Assembly: GCA_963768765.1 (NCBI GenBank)
Contig: CAVYJK010000019.1
Location: 11,604-75,603 of the forward strand
DNA: 64,000 nucleotides
Direction of reading: 5' to 3'
Source: an uncultured delta proteobacterium
GTDB lineage: Bacteria > Desulfobacterota > Desulfobaccia > Desulfobaccales > 0-14-0-80-60-11
Part shown: positions 9,602 through 17,637 of the stretch, in pieces
Layout: each line of letters begins with the position of its first letter
Position numbering within the stretch: the stretch's first letter is position 1
Notes under the pieces: model-generated
What the model was told of the DNA's origin: nothing
What the model saw: only the letters and a program-made list of their open reading frames with translations
Databases searched by the model: none
Translations under genes and position numbers: made by a program

Positions 9602-10399
9602 ATGGTAAACCTCGTTCTGGTTCAGGCCCTTCCCGGGCCCCGTCTGGAGAGCCGGGAAAACCTGGTCCGGGCCTTGCGGTACCTGGAAAGGTGTCAGGGC
9701 CGGGGGGTCGATCTCATCTGCTTTCCGGAATATTTCCCCTTTTCCGGGGAGGAGGAGTTGGCCCGGGCAGCCGGTTCTCTGGGGGCTTACCTGGTGGCCG
9801 GCCTGGTGGAGGAAGACGGGGGCAAACGCTACAACACCGCCACCCTCTTTGACCGCCGGGGCAACCTGGTGGGACGGCAGCGAAAAAACACCCTGGGGAA
9901 CCTGGAGCGCCAGGGCTTCGACGTCGTGCCCGGGGAAGGCTGGCAGGTGTGGGAAACCGATTTCGGCCGCCTGGGCCTGCCGGTATGCATCGATTTCTGG
10001 GGCCAGCCGGAGGCGGCCCGCCAGCTTGCCGGCCAAGGGGCGGACCTCATCGTCAACCCCAGCATCTTCCCCATCCTGCGAGGCCATTGGTCCTACGGCG
10101 CCCTGGTGCGGTCCTTCGACTACTATCTGCCGGTGGCGGGAGTGAACAGTGCCACCTTTACCGCAGAAATCGGCGGACGGCACTACAAGATGCAGGGTGG
10201 CCGCTCGTTTGCCGTCCAACCGCCGGCCCCGGCGGACGGAAAAGAACTGGGCCGCCTGGTGCGGGCTTGGGACGATCTCAGAGATTGGCTGGTCCTAACC
10301 GGAGGCGAGGCAGAGGCGCTGCTCCCCGTTACCCTGGATCTGGCCGGTCCCCGGCGCTGGCGCCCGGCCATCCGGCAGCGCTTCGGGATGCGCCCCTGA
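9602..10399 (+). CDS. Carbon-nitrogen hydrolase (nitrilase superfamily)
   Basis: E-K-C triad: CFPEY, QRK, VCIDFW; YNTATLFD. Confidence 0.85.
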   Translation: MVNLVLVQALPGPRLESRENLVRALRYLERCQGRGVDLICFPEYFPFSGEEELARAAGSLGAYLVAGLVEEDGGKRYNTATLFDRRGNLVGRQRKNTLGNLERQGFDVVPGEGWQVWETDFGRLGLPVCIDFWGQPEAARQLAGQGADLIVNPSIFPILRGHWSYGALVRSFDYYLPVAGVNSATFTAEIGGRHYKMQGGRSFAVQPPAPADGKELGRLVRAWDDLRDWLVLTGGEAEALLPVTLDLAGPRRWRPAIRQRFGMRP

Positions 10400-10614
10400 T
10401 AAAGGACGGACGGAAGTTACCGTAAGGGAAACCCTCGGGGCAGACACCTTCCCCCTGGCGCAAGCTGGCAGTTTCTAAAAAATTATCCAGAAACGCTGCT
10501 GGAAACTTCATCTGAGATGGTACTTTCCTTGACATTATGAAAAAAATTCTTAATTATCTAATCTAAGTCGAACGGGGCGGGTTTGACTACAAGCTCTAAA
10601 CCATAAGGAGAGAA

Positions 10615-11133
10615 ATGATGCGACATACCCGTACATGCCTGATTCTTCTGTTGGTAGCATCGCTGTTCCTCTTCGTTTCATCTCCGGTCCTGGCCCAGCC
10701 CAAGGGCGGGGGAGTAATGGAGCAAGACGTCTTCACTCCCATCGCCAAAGGGTACGACTTGGTCCGGGACGGGAAATTCGAAGCCGCCAAATATGAATTC
10801 GAAACGGCGGTGAAAAAAGATCGCTATAATCCTTTTGCCCTGAACAACCTGGCGGTATTGTTGGAGCGGGAAGGCAAGCTGAACGACGCCCTGGCCAACC
10901 TGAAGGACGCCACGACTCATGCCGCGGAGTATAAAGACAAGGTTGTCCAGACCTGCTTTGCCGGCGGCGGCTGCCTGGCGGTTAAACCCGTCAGGGCGGC
11001 GGCTGACAAGAGCGAGATCGCCCCGATCATCCAGGAGAATATCAAAAAGTTAGAGGCCAAAATGGCCGCGCAGAAAACGCCAGCGCCTGCTGGTTCTCCG
11101 CCTCCCATGACGCCGCCCCCGAAAACCAAGTAA
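10615..11133 (+). CDS. Secreted TPR-like protein
   Basis: RBS AAGGAG, signal peptide ending VLA-Q, NPFALNNLAVL TPR motif, Pro-rich tail. Confidence 0.75.
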   Translation: MMRHTRTCLILLLVASLFLFVSSPVLAQPKGGGVMEQDVFTPIAKGYDLVRDGKFEAAKYEFETAVKKDRYNPFALNNLAVLLEREGKLNDALANLKDATTHAAEYKDKVVQTCFAGGGCLAVKPVRAAADKSEIAPIIQENIKKLEAKMAAQKTPAPAGSPPPMTPPPKTK

Positions 11134-11385
11134 CCATGGGGGCCTTCGGGCCCCCACCGCCCCGTTTTCTTGGTTCGGTTCGGCCAGACAAACAAGGCCA
11201 TTATCCTCCTTCCGCAATCTTTTCAAGGGCCGGCGGCAGCTCCCCTGGCCCTTTTCCTGTTCTTATCCAGTCTCGCCCATCTTTCCAAATCCGGAATGAT
11301 GGAGAGCCCTGTTAGCCGCCGGCCGCGTGCTTACTTACCCAGACTCAGGGAAAGTCTGGGCTTCCAAGCCAGGGGAATGGAATAA

Positions 11386-11766
11386 CTAAGATCGGGAAAG
11401 GAGTCGGTGCAGGTCCTGGAGGCCTTCCCGGACCTGGCGCAGCATTCGAAGTAGCTGGCGGGGAGGAGGAGTCTGGGAGGGCAACGGCCACGGCCCCTCA
11501 CCCAAGGAAGTATCCGCGGCCGGTTGTAACTGTGATTGCAGAGTCGTCAGTTCCCGGACCAGGTGCAGGTAAACCTCGGCCAGGGGGCCGGCGGCGCCTT
11601 CCCCGACGTCCTCCCGGGGGAAAGGCAGCCGCGGCGCCGCGGCTTGAGGCGGGGCCAGGGGCGAGCCCGAGGGCACCAGTTCCTCCGCCTGGCCGGCCAA
11701 CACCTGGGTTAGAGGCAGCTTTGCAAGCTTGGTCTTCTTGCCGGCAAGCTGTTTCTTTTTCGCCAT
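11386..11766 (-). CDS. Hypothetical protein co-transcribed with the ParA-family gene
   Basis: MAKKKQLAGKKTK start overlapping the parA 3' end; helical C-terminus. Confidence 0.55.
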   Translation of the reverse strand: MAKKKQLAGKKTKLAKLPLTQVLAGQAEELVPSGSPLAPPQAAAPRLPFPREDVGEGAAGPLAEVYLHLVRELTTLQSQLQPAADTSLGEGPWPLPSQTPPPRQLLRMLRQVREGLQDLHRLLSRS

Positions 11767-12527
11767 ATTTCCAGGAACTCGAGGGTAAGTTGCAGGTAAT
11801 CCTGGGACCCGGAGCACCTAGCTTCGAAATCGAATATCGCTTTCTGGGCTATCTGAGCCTGGTTCAGGGCCTCGTTCTTCATGATCATGGTGTCAAAGGT
11901 CTTATCCCGGTAAGGCTTGAGCTGCTCCAGGATGTATTCATTGGTGACCCGGTTGCGCCTGTCAAACATGGTTAACAGGATGCGGTAAAGATCTCCCTGG
12001 TAGAGGTCTTCCAGGGAGAGGTTCTTGACGGCTTCGATGGTGTTCAGCAGGTCCGCCAACCCATCCAGGGAATAACGGGAGATCTGGCAAGGTATGATGA
12101 TGAAGTCGCAGGCGTACAGGGAATTGGTGGTGAGGATCCCCAGGGACGGCGGGCAGTCGATGAGGACGAAGTCATAATCCGCATCCTTCAGGGCCTGAGC
12201 CAGGATGGCCTCCCGGAAGACCCTGGTATAGATCTGCTCCGCAGCCCGGGCCAGATGGATGTGGGCCGGGGCCACATCCAGGCCCAGGATGTAAGTGGGC
12301 ACCGCCACCTCATTGATGCTTTTCTTGGGAACCGTCATCACGTCCGCCATGGAAGCGGTAAAAGAGTCCGAATCCAGGCCGATCCCCACGGTGGTATGAC
12401 CCTGGGGGTCCAGGTCCACGATCAGGGTGCGGTAACCTTGATAAGCCAGGGAGGCGCCCAGGTTGATCGCAGTGGTGGTCTTCCCGGTGCCGCCCTTCTG
12501 ATTGATGATGGCTACTTTATGAGACAT
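11709..12527 (-). CDS. ParA/Soj family ATPase
   Basis: NQKGGTGKTT, VDLDPQG, IDCPPSLG. Confidence 0.92.
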   Translation of the reverse strand: MSHKVAIINQKGGTGKTTTAINLGASLAYQGYRTLIVDLDPQGHTTVGIGLDSDSFTASMADVMTVPKKSINEVAVPTYILGLDVAPAHIHLARAAEQIYTRVFREAILAQALKDADYDFVLIDCPPSLGILTTNSLYACDFIIIPCQISRYSLDGLADLLNTIEAVKNLSLEDLYQGDLYRILLTMFDRRNRVTNEYILEQLKPYRDKTFDTMIMKNEALNQAQIAQKAIFDFEARCSGSQDYLQLTLEFLEIWRKRNSLPARRPSLQSCL

Positions 12528-12579
12528 GGGGAGGCTAGAGGCCCTTGGGGGCGGGCAACTTTTTGGTAATTTTTTTAGT

Positions 12580-12608
12580 ATGATAAAAAAAAGGGCCGGG
12601 GCCGTCAA
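12580..12608 (-). promoter_or_regulatory. sigma70-type promoter of the ParA-family gene
   Basis: TTGACG-17 nt-TATCAT on the minus strand. Confidence 0.55.
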
Positions 12609-12641
12609 GGAATATCTGGCCCGCGTAAAATGCTTGACCTC

Positions 12642-12657
12642 TGGCATATGACGTGCA
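12642..12657 (+). promoter_or_regulatory. sigma54 (-24/-12) promoter of the PilZ gene
   Basis: TGGCATATGACGTGCA, GG-N10-GC spacing. Confidence 0.55.
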
Positions 12658-12710
12658 ATAAGAATTCTCGGTTATTTCTCTTATTTTATCCCAGGGTTGG
12701 GACCGCCGGC

Positions 12711-13058
12711 ATGGGTTCTCTCGAAGAAAGACGTCGCTACAACCGCCTGGTAGTCCCACTCTCGGTTGAATATCGCACCCACCTGCCGGAGACCGGCGAA
12801 TTCCAGCAAGGAAACGGCGTCCTGCGAGATATCAGTCTTTCCGGCAGTTTTTTCCACGTGGAGCCGCCCGCCTCCTTCAAGCCGGGCCAGATCGTCTCCC
12901 TCACCATCGCCGCCCCCCTGCCCTTCCTGGATTTTGAGGAAACCTCCCACCTCAAGGCCAAAGGCGAGGTGGTGCGCCTGGAGCCCCCGGGTCCTGCCAA
13001 CCCCTATTACGGGGTCGCCCTGCACTTCCTGGAAGGTCCCTCCTTCGCCTCCCTCTGA
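12711..13058 (+). CDS. Stand-alone PilZ domain protein (c-di-GMP receptor)
   Basis: ERRRYNR (RxxxR) and DISLSG (DxSxxG). Confidence 0.88.
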   Translation: MGSLEERRRYNRLVVPLSVEYRTHLPETGEFQQGNGVLRDISLSGSFFHVEPPASFKPGQIVSLTIAAPLPFLDFEETSHLKAKGEVVRLEPPGPANPYYGVALHFLEGPSFASL

Positions 13059-13218
13059 TCTTTCGAGGTTTACCCAATTTTTCTTCCCATGTTCAGTTTA
13101 ATGAACTGTGTTGCCGCCAGCCTGGATGCCGAAGATTAATATTTCTCAAAATATCAATAAATTATATATAAAGAATAACGGCTCAGTACTTGGACCTTAT
13201 TATAAGAATGTTAAACAA

Positions 13219-14280
13219 ATGTTTAACCAGGTAAACCGCAACCACCAGGTGGCCGTGGCCTTGAGCGGCGGGGTGGACAGCAGCGTGGCCGCCGCCCTGC
13301 TGCTGGAGCAGGGTTTTGCCGTCTGGGGGGTGCACCTGCGCCTCTCGCCCTACGCCCCGCCAGTGGAACACCTGGCGGCCCTGGGCCACAGCCTGGGAAT
13401 TCAGATCACCGAAATGGACCTGGAGGACGACTTCGCCCGGGGGGTGCTGGATTATTTCATTAAGGAGTACTCCCGGGGCCGCACCCCCAACCCCTGCGTC
13501 CAATGCAACGCCGTCATCAAATTCGGGCGCCTGTGGGAACGGGTGCGGGAGGCTGGCGCCTCGCACCTGGCCACCGGCCACTACGCCCGGCGGCTGACCG
13601 GGCCCGACGGCGGCCCGGGCCTCTACCGGGGAGCGGACCGCCGCAAGGACCAATCCTATTTTTTGAGCCGCCTGGATCGTGCGGTCCTGCCCCACCTGCT
13701 CTTCCCCCTGGGAGAGCTGACCAAGACTAAGGTGCGGCGGCGCTACCAGGAAATGGGCCTGCCCCCGGCCCCTGACTGCCGCGAGAGCGTGGAGCTCTGC
13801 TTCATCCCCCAGGGCGGCTACCAGGAGTTTATCGCCGCCCGCCTGGGACGCCCCGGGGCCCCCGGGGAACTGGTGGACACCCGGGGCCGCGTCCTGGGCC
13901 TGCATAAGGGCCTGGAACACTACACCGTGGGCCAGCGCCGGGGGCTGGGGGTGCCGGCCCGGGAACCTTACTACGTGGTGGACCTCCGCCCCGAAACCAA
14001 CCGGGTGGTGCTGGGTCATAAGCAGGAGCTGTTCTCCGCCGGCCTCCTGGCCCACCAGGTCAACTGGCTGGTGGACCCGCCCCCTGGCGAGCTGTCGGCC
14101 CGGGCGGTGATCCGCTACCGCCACCCCGGGGTCCCGGCCCGGATAACCCCTCTGGGGTCCACGGAGGCGCAGGTAATCTTCGACACCCCCCAGGCCGCGG
14201 TGGCCCCGGGCCAGGCCGTGGTCTTCTACCACCACGACCAGGTCCTGGGCGGCGGCTGGATCGAGGAGAGGATTATGTGA
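13219..14280 (+). CDS. mnmA: tRNA-specific 2-thiouridylase
   Basis: SGGVDS, TPNPCVQCN, ATGHYA, KDQSYFL, YTVGQRRGL, PGQAVVFY. Confidence 0.95.
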   Translation: MFNQVNRNHQVAVALSGGVDSSVAAALLLEQGFAVWGVHLRLSPYAPPVEHLAALGHSLGIQITEMDLEDDFARGVLDYFIKEYSRGRTPNPCVQCNAVIKFGRLWERVREAGASHLATGHYARRLTGPDGGPGLYRGADRRKDQSYFLSRLDRAVLPHLLFPLGELTKTKVRRRYQEMGLPPAPDCRESVELCFIPQGGYQEFIAARLGRPGAPGELVDTRGRVLGLHKGLEHYTVGQRRGLGVPAREPYYVVDLRPETNRVVLGHKQELFSAGLLAHQVNWLVDPPPGELSARAVIRYRHPGVPARITPLGSTEAQVIFDTPQAAVAPGQAVVFYHHDQVLGGGWIEERIM

Positions 14281-14342
14281 TGGTTGTGTGGGGGAGGGCC
14301 AGGGGCCGGCGGCCCCTGCCCTCCCCCACTTAATGGATTAAT

Positions 14343-15857
14343 ATGCCGTCTTTTCACATTGTCACTTTTGGCTGCAAGGTGAACCAGGTGGACACCGCGG
14401 GTATGGCCCAGGATCTGGTGGCCCGGGGGTGGACTGCGGCCCCGACGGGAGCGGTTCCCGAGTTGATATTGGTCAACACCTGCACGGTCACGGCTCGCGC
14501 CGACCAGCAGGCCCGCCAGGTCATCCGCCGGCTGGCCCGGGAGCATCCCGGCGCCGCCATCTGGGTCACCGGTTGCTACGCCCAGCGGGCCCCCGCAGAG
14601 GTGGCCGCTCTGCCGGGGGTGCAGGCCATTTTGGGCAACCAGGAAAAAGTGCGCCTGGCCGAAATAATGAGTGATTATCAACGGCATCTGGCTAATGATG
14701 CCGCAACTCTTGCTCCTCCTCCCACCGGGGCAGCCGGCTCTCCCTCCCTTATTGGGATAGCCGATTCTCCCTCCCCCTTGAGGGGGGAGGGTTGGGGTGG
14801 GGGTGAAAATATTAATCTCCCTCCCCCCAGCCCCCTCCCACCAGGGGAGGGAGAGGAAGTAACTGCCGAAAGCACGGCGTCGAACGTGGGAGAGCCTGTT
14901 AGAGGCCTGCGGCATTTTGTGGGCTCTTTTCCCGTTGCTGCGCCTTTCCATTCCTGGCGGGTGCCTGCTTTGCCGGGCCACACCCGGGCCTGGCTAAAAA
15001 TCCAGGATGGCTGCAACCACTGCTGCAGTTATTGCATCGTCCCCCGGGTGCGGGGACCACGGCGCAGTATGGCGGCGGCAGAGGTAATCTCGACTTTACA
15101 GGAATTGGCCGCCCGGGGTTACCAAGAGGTGGTGCTCACCGGGGTGGACCTGGGCCAGTACGGCCGGGATCAGACTCCCCCCCTAAATCTGGCGGCCCTG
15201 GTCAGGCGGCTGAAGAAGGGCGTCTGGCCCTTCCGGGTGCGCTTCAGCTCCCTGGAGCCCCAGGAAGTTACCGGGGAACTTCTTATGGAACTGGCCTCCT
15301 GGCGGCAATTCTGTCCCCACTTCCACCTGCCGCTACAAAGTGGCGCCGCCCCGGTGTTGGCCGCCATGGGCCGCCCTTACGGGCCCCGGGATTTTCTGGA
15401 CCTGGTCACGGAAATCCACCGGCATTTTCCGGACGCGGGCCTGGGCCTGGACCTCTTGGTGGGTTTTCCGGGGGAGACCGCCTCCGACTTCGAGGCCACC
15501 CGCACCCTGGTGGCGTCCCTACCCGCCACTTACCTGCACGTCTTTCCCTTCTCACCCCGGCCCGGCACGGCCGCGGCCCGAATGACGCCGACGCCCGTTA
15601 GGGAGATTCGGGAGCGGGCCCGGGTCATGCGGGACCTGGGGCGGCTGAAAAAAACGGCCTTCTTAGAAGCCCAACTGGGGCAGGTGCGGGAGGTGCTGGT
15701 GGAAGGCCCGGCGCCGCCGCCGGGGTGGCTCCAGGGCCTGAGCGACAACTACCTGCGGGTGATTTTCCCCGGGCCGCCTTCGTTACGCAACCGCCGCCTC
15801 ATGGTGCAATTTCGCAGTCTTCGAGGAGAAGTCTTGGCGGGGGAGATTGCCGAATAG
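14343..15857 (+). CDS. mtaB: tRNA threonylcarbamoyladenosine methylthiotransferase with a repeat-containing linker insertion
   Basis: TFGCKVNQ, NTCTVT, TGCYAQ, KIQDGCNHCCSYC, HLPLQSG, HVFPFSPRPGT, SDNY. Confidence 0.9.
   Translation: MPSFHIVTFGCKVNQVDTAGMAQDLVARGWTAAPTGAVPELILVNTCTVTARADQQARQVIRRLAREHPGAAIWVTGCYAQRAPAEVAALPGVQAILGNQEKVRLAEIMSDYQRHLANDAATLAPPPTGAAGSPSLIGIADSPSPLRGEGWGGGENINLPPPSPLPPGEGEEVTAESTASNVGEPVRGLRHFVGSFPVAAPFHSWRVPALPGHTRAWLKIQDGCNHCCSYCIVPRVRGPRRSMAAAEVISTLQELAARGYQEVVLTGVDLGQYGRDQTPPLNLAALVRRLKKGVWPFRVRFSSLEPQEVTGELLMELASWRQFCPHFHLPLQSGAAPVLAAMGRPYGPRDFLDLVTEIHRHFPDAGLGLDLLVGFPGETASDFEATRTLVASLPATYLHVFPFSPRPGTAAARMTPTPVREIRERARVMRDLGRLKKTAFLEAQLGQVREVLVEGPAPPPGWLQGLSDNYLRVIFPGPPSLRNRRLMVQFRSLRGEVLAGEIAE
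14769..14852. repeat. In-frame palindromic repeat inside mtaB
   Basis: CCCTCCCCCTTGAGGGGGGAGGGTTGGGGTGGGGGTGA...CCCCCTCCCACCAGGGGAGGG; an intergenic relative lies at about 21833-21932 on the opposite strand. Confidence 0.8.
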
Positions 15858-15878
15858 CTTGGCAACCAGCGCTTGGGC

Positions 15879-15920
15879 AAAAAAGAAGGCAGGGGTGTTA
15901 CCCCCTGCCTTTAATTTTTT
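15879..15920. terminator. Bidirectional intrinsic terminator
   Basis: AAGGCAGGGG-TGTTAC-CCCCTGCCTT stem-loop with an A-tract before and a T-tract after, between convergent genes. Confidence 0.7.
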
Positions 15921-15931
15921 CTCCGACCCCG

Positions 15932-16126
15932 CTACCTGGGCAGATAAATCCTGGCCAGGCGAAGGCCTTTGTCTCTTTCCAGGCGTTGGGCCAGCCCCAT
16001 CAGCCCCAGGAGGCTCGAAGCGAACAACCAGACCGAGGCGATGAGGGGGATGGCGCTGATAAGAAAATCCAAGAGCCCCGTTAGCATCAGGAGCATAAGC
16101 ATCGTGCTCAACCTGAGAAGTTTCAT
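15932..16126 (-). CDS. Small membrane protein with a VPLPA-CTERM-like segment
   Basis: IPLIASVWLFASSLLGLMGLAQR; RBS AAGGA; sigma54 promoter upstream. Confidence 0.6.
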   Translation of the reverse strand: MKLLRLSTMLMLLMLTGLLDFLISAIPLIASVWLFASSLLGLMGLAQRLERDKGLRLARIYLPR

Positions 16127-16183
16127 GGCCGATCCTTTCGGCGTTTATCTTGAAATCGGAACAAACCTTCGGAAACTTAACTA

Positions 16184-16199
16184 AGCAATTTTTATGCCA
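16184..16199 (-). promoter_or_regulatory. sigma54 promoter
   Basis: TGGCATAAAAATTGCT, near consensus. Confidence 0.7.
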
Positions 16200-16406
16200 T
16201 ATTTGGTAACTTGGCAATATCCTTGTGAATAATTAACCCATCCAACTAATTTTCTGAATCGGCAGCTTCCTTGACGTTCAATATTTTCAACAGCCAGGTT
16301 CAGATTTAGATACTGCTGGATGATTAATTACTGCAATGCCCAGGCCCCAATAAGAAAGGGCAGGTCTCCTGACCTGCCCTGCCGGAAGCGAAAACGGATA
16401 TCCTTT

Positions 16407-17324
16407 CTAAGCTGGCGCACCTCCCCACAGGGGCGCTTGCAGGTAGGCAGGCTCTCTCCTCCGGGGCTGGTGGGTAGGCGTCCAGATCCTCCAGGCCGCT
16501 TCCTGCCGCATCAGCAACTGCAAGAAAGAGCAGTGCAGTTCGTGGCTCCCCCGGCCCACTTCCAGGCGGCCCAGGAGCGGCAGGCCCAACAGGGCCAGGT
16601 CGCCCACCGCGTCCAGGATCTTGTGGCGCACGCACTCTTCCGGGAACCGCAGGCCTCCGGGATTCATGACGCCGGTGTCATCCAGCACCACCGCGTTATC
16701 CAGCGACCCCCCCAGGGCCAGGCCCCGGTCCTGAAGGTACTGGACCTCCTTGAGAAACCCGAAGGTCCGGGCCGGCGCGATCTGGGCGCAGAAGGCCTCG
16801 GACCTCAGCGGCACGGTGTAGCGCTGGCGCCGGATCAGGGGGTGGTTGAAATCAATGGTGTAAGTGATGCTGGGCTCGCCGGGAACCACCCGCATCCACT
16901 GGTCCCCTTGCTTCAGCTCCACCGGTTTCCGGATGAGGATGTAGGCCCGGGGCCAGGGAAGCTCCCGGAGCCCGGCGGCGGTCAGCAGACTGGAGAAGGG
17001 TGCGGCGCTGCCGTCCATGATGGGCACCTCCGGGCCTGCCACCCGGATGCGGGCATTGTCCACCCCCAGGCCCCGCAGCGCCGCCAGGAGGTGCTCCACC
17101 GTGGACAGGGTGGATCCGCCCTCCCCCAGGGTCGTGGCCCGGGTGGTGTCCACCACCCGGGTGTAGTGGGCCAAAATCTCGGGCTTGCCGGGCAGGTCCG
17201 CCCGGACAAACCGCAAACCGTGATTGGCGCCCGCCGGGGCAATGGTGACGTGCACCGGCCGGCCCGAATGCAGGCCGATGCCGGTAAAGCTAAGAGGCTG
17301 CGCCAGGGTTTTTTGCCACAACAT
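16407..17324 (-). CDS. lpxC: UDP-3-O-acyl-GlcNAc deacetylase
   Basis: GIGLHSG, TVEHLLAAL, EVPIMDGSA, APARTFGF, HKILDAVGDL. Confidence 0.96.
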   Translation of the reverse strand: MLWQKTLAQPLSFTGIGLHSGRPVHVTIAPAGANHGLRFVRADLPGKPEILAHYTRVVDTTRATTLGEGGSTLSTVEHLLAALRGLGVDNARIRVAGPEVPIMDGSAAPFSSLLTAAGLRELPWPRAYILIRKPVELKQGDQWMRVVPGEPSITYTIDFNHPLIRRQRYTVPLRSEAFCAQIAPARTFGFLKEVQYLQDRGLALGGSLDNAVVLDDTGVMNPGGLRFPEECVRHKILDAVGDLALLGLPLLGRLEVGRGSHELHCSFLQLLMRQEAAWRIWTPTHQPRRREPAYLQAPLWGGAPA

Positions 17325-17346
17325 AGTTATCCCTCGATCTCGGTGG

Positions 17347-17362
17347 TGCAATCCTTGTACCA
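17347..17362 (-). promoter_or_regulatory. sigma54 promoter of lpxC
   Basis: TGGTACAAGGATTGCA, GG-N10-GC spacing. Confidence 0.65.
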
Positions 17363-17466
17363 GGGTCTAGGGGATTAGAGCACCGGTGGGCTGAGAGGTT
17401 AACCACTCATAATGATTGGACTTCTCTGCAGCATGAATCAACCCCCAAGGCCCTCCCGGCCGGAAT

Positions 17467-17515
17467 TGTGGCATAAAAACCACAAATCCTGGGCGACTGT
17501 GGCAAATGCGCCACA
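17467..17515. promoter_or_regulatory. Pair of palindromic enhancer-like sites
   Basis: TGTGGCATAAAAACCACA and TGTGGCAAATGCGCCACA, starts 31 bp apart, 105-150 bp upstream of the sigma54 promoter. Confidence 0.55.
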
Positions 17516-17637
17516 CCGTGTGAGGGAAAATTGATCTTTGCCGGTGTTCCGGCAATACCTTGCATTAAAAAAAGCCTCTTTACCCTCCCCCTTGAGGGGA
17601 AGTTTCAGGGCAACTTACCACCAGGCGGATCCCGGGC

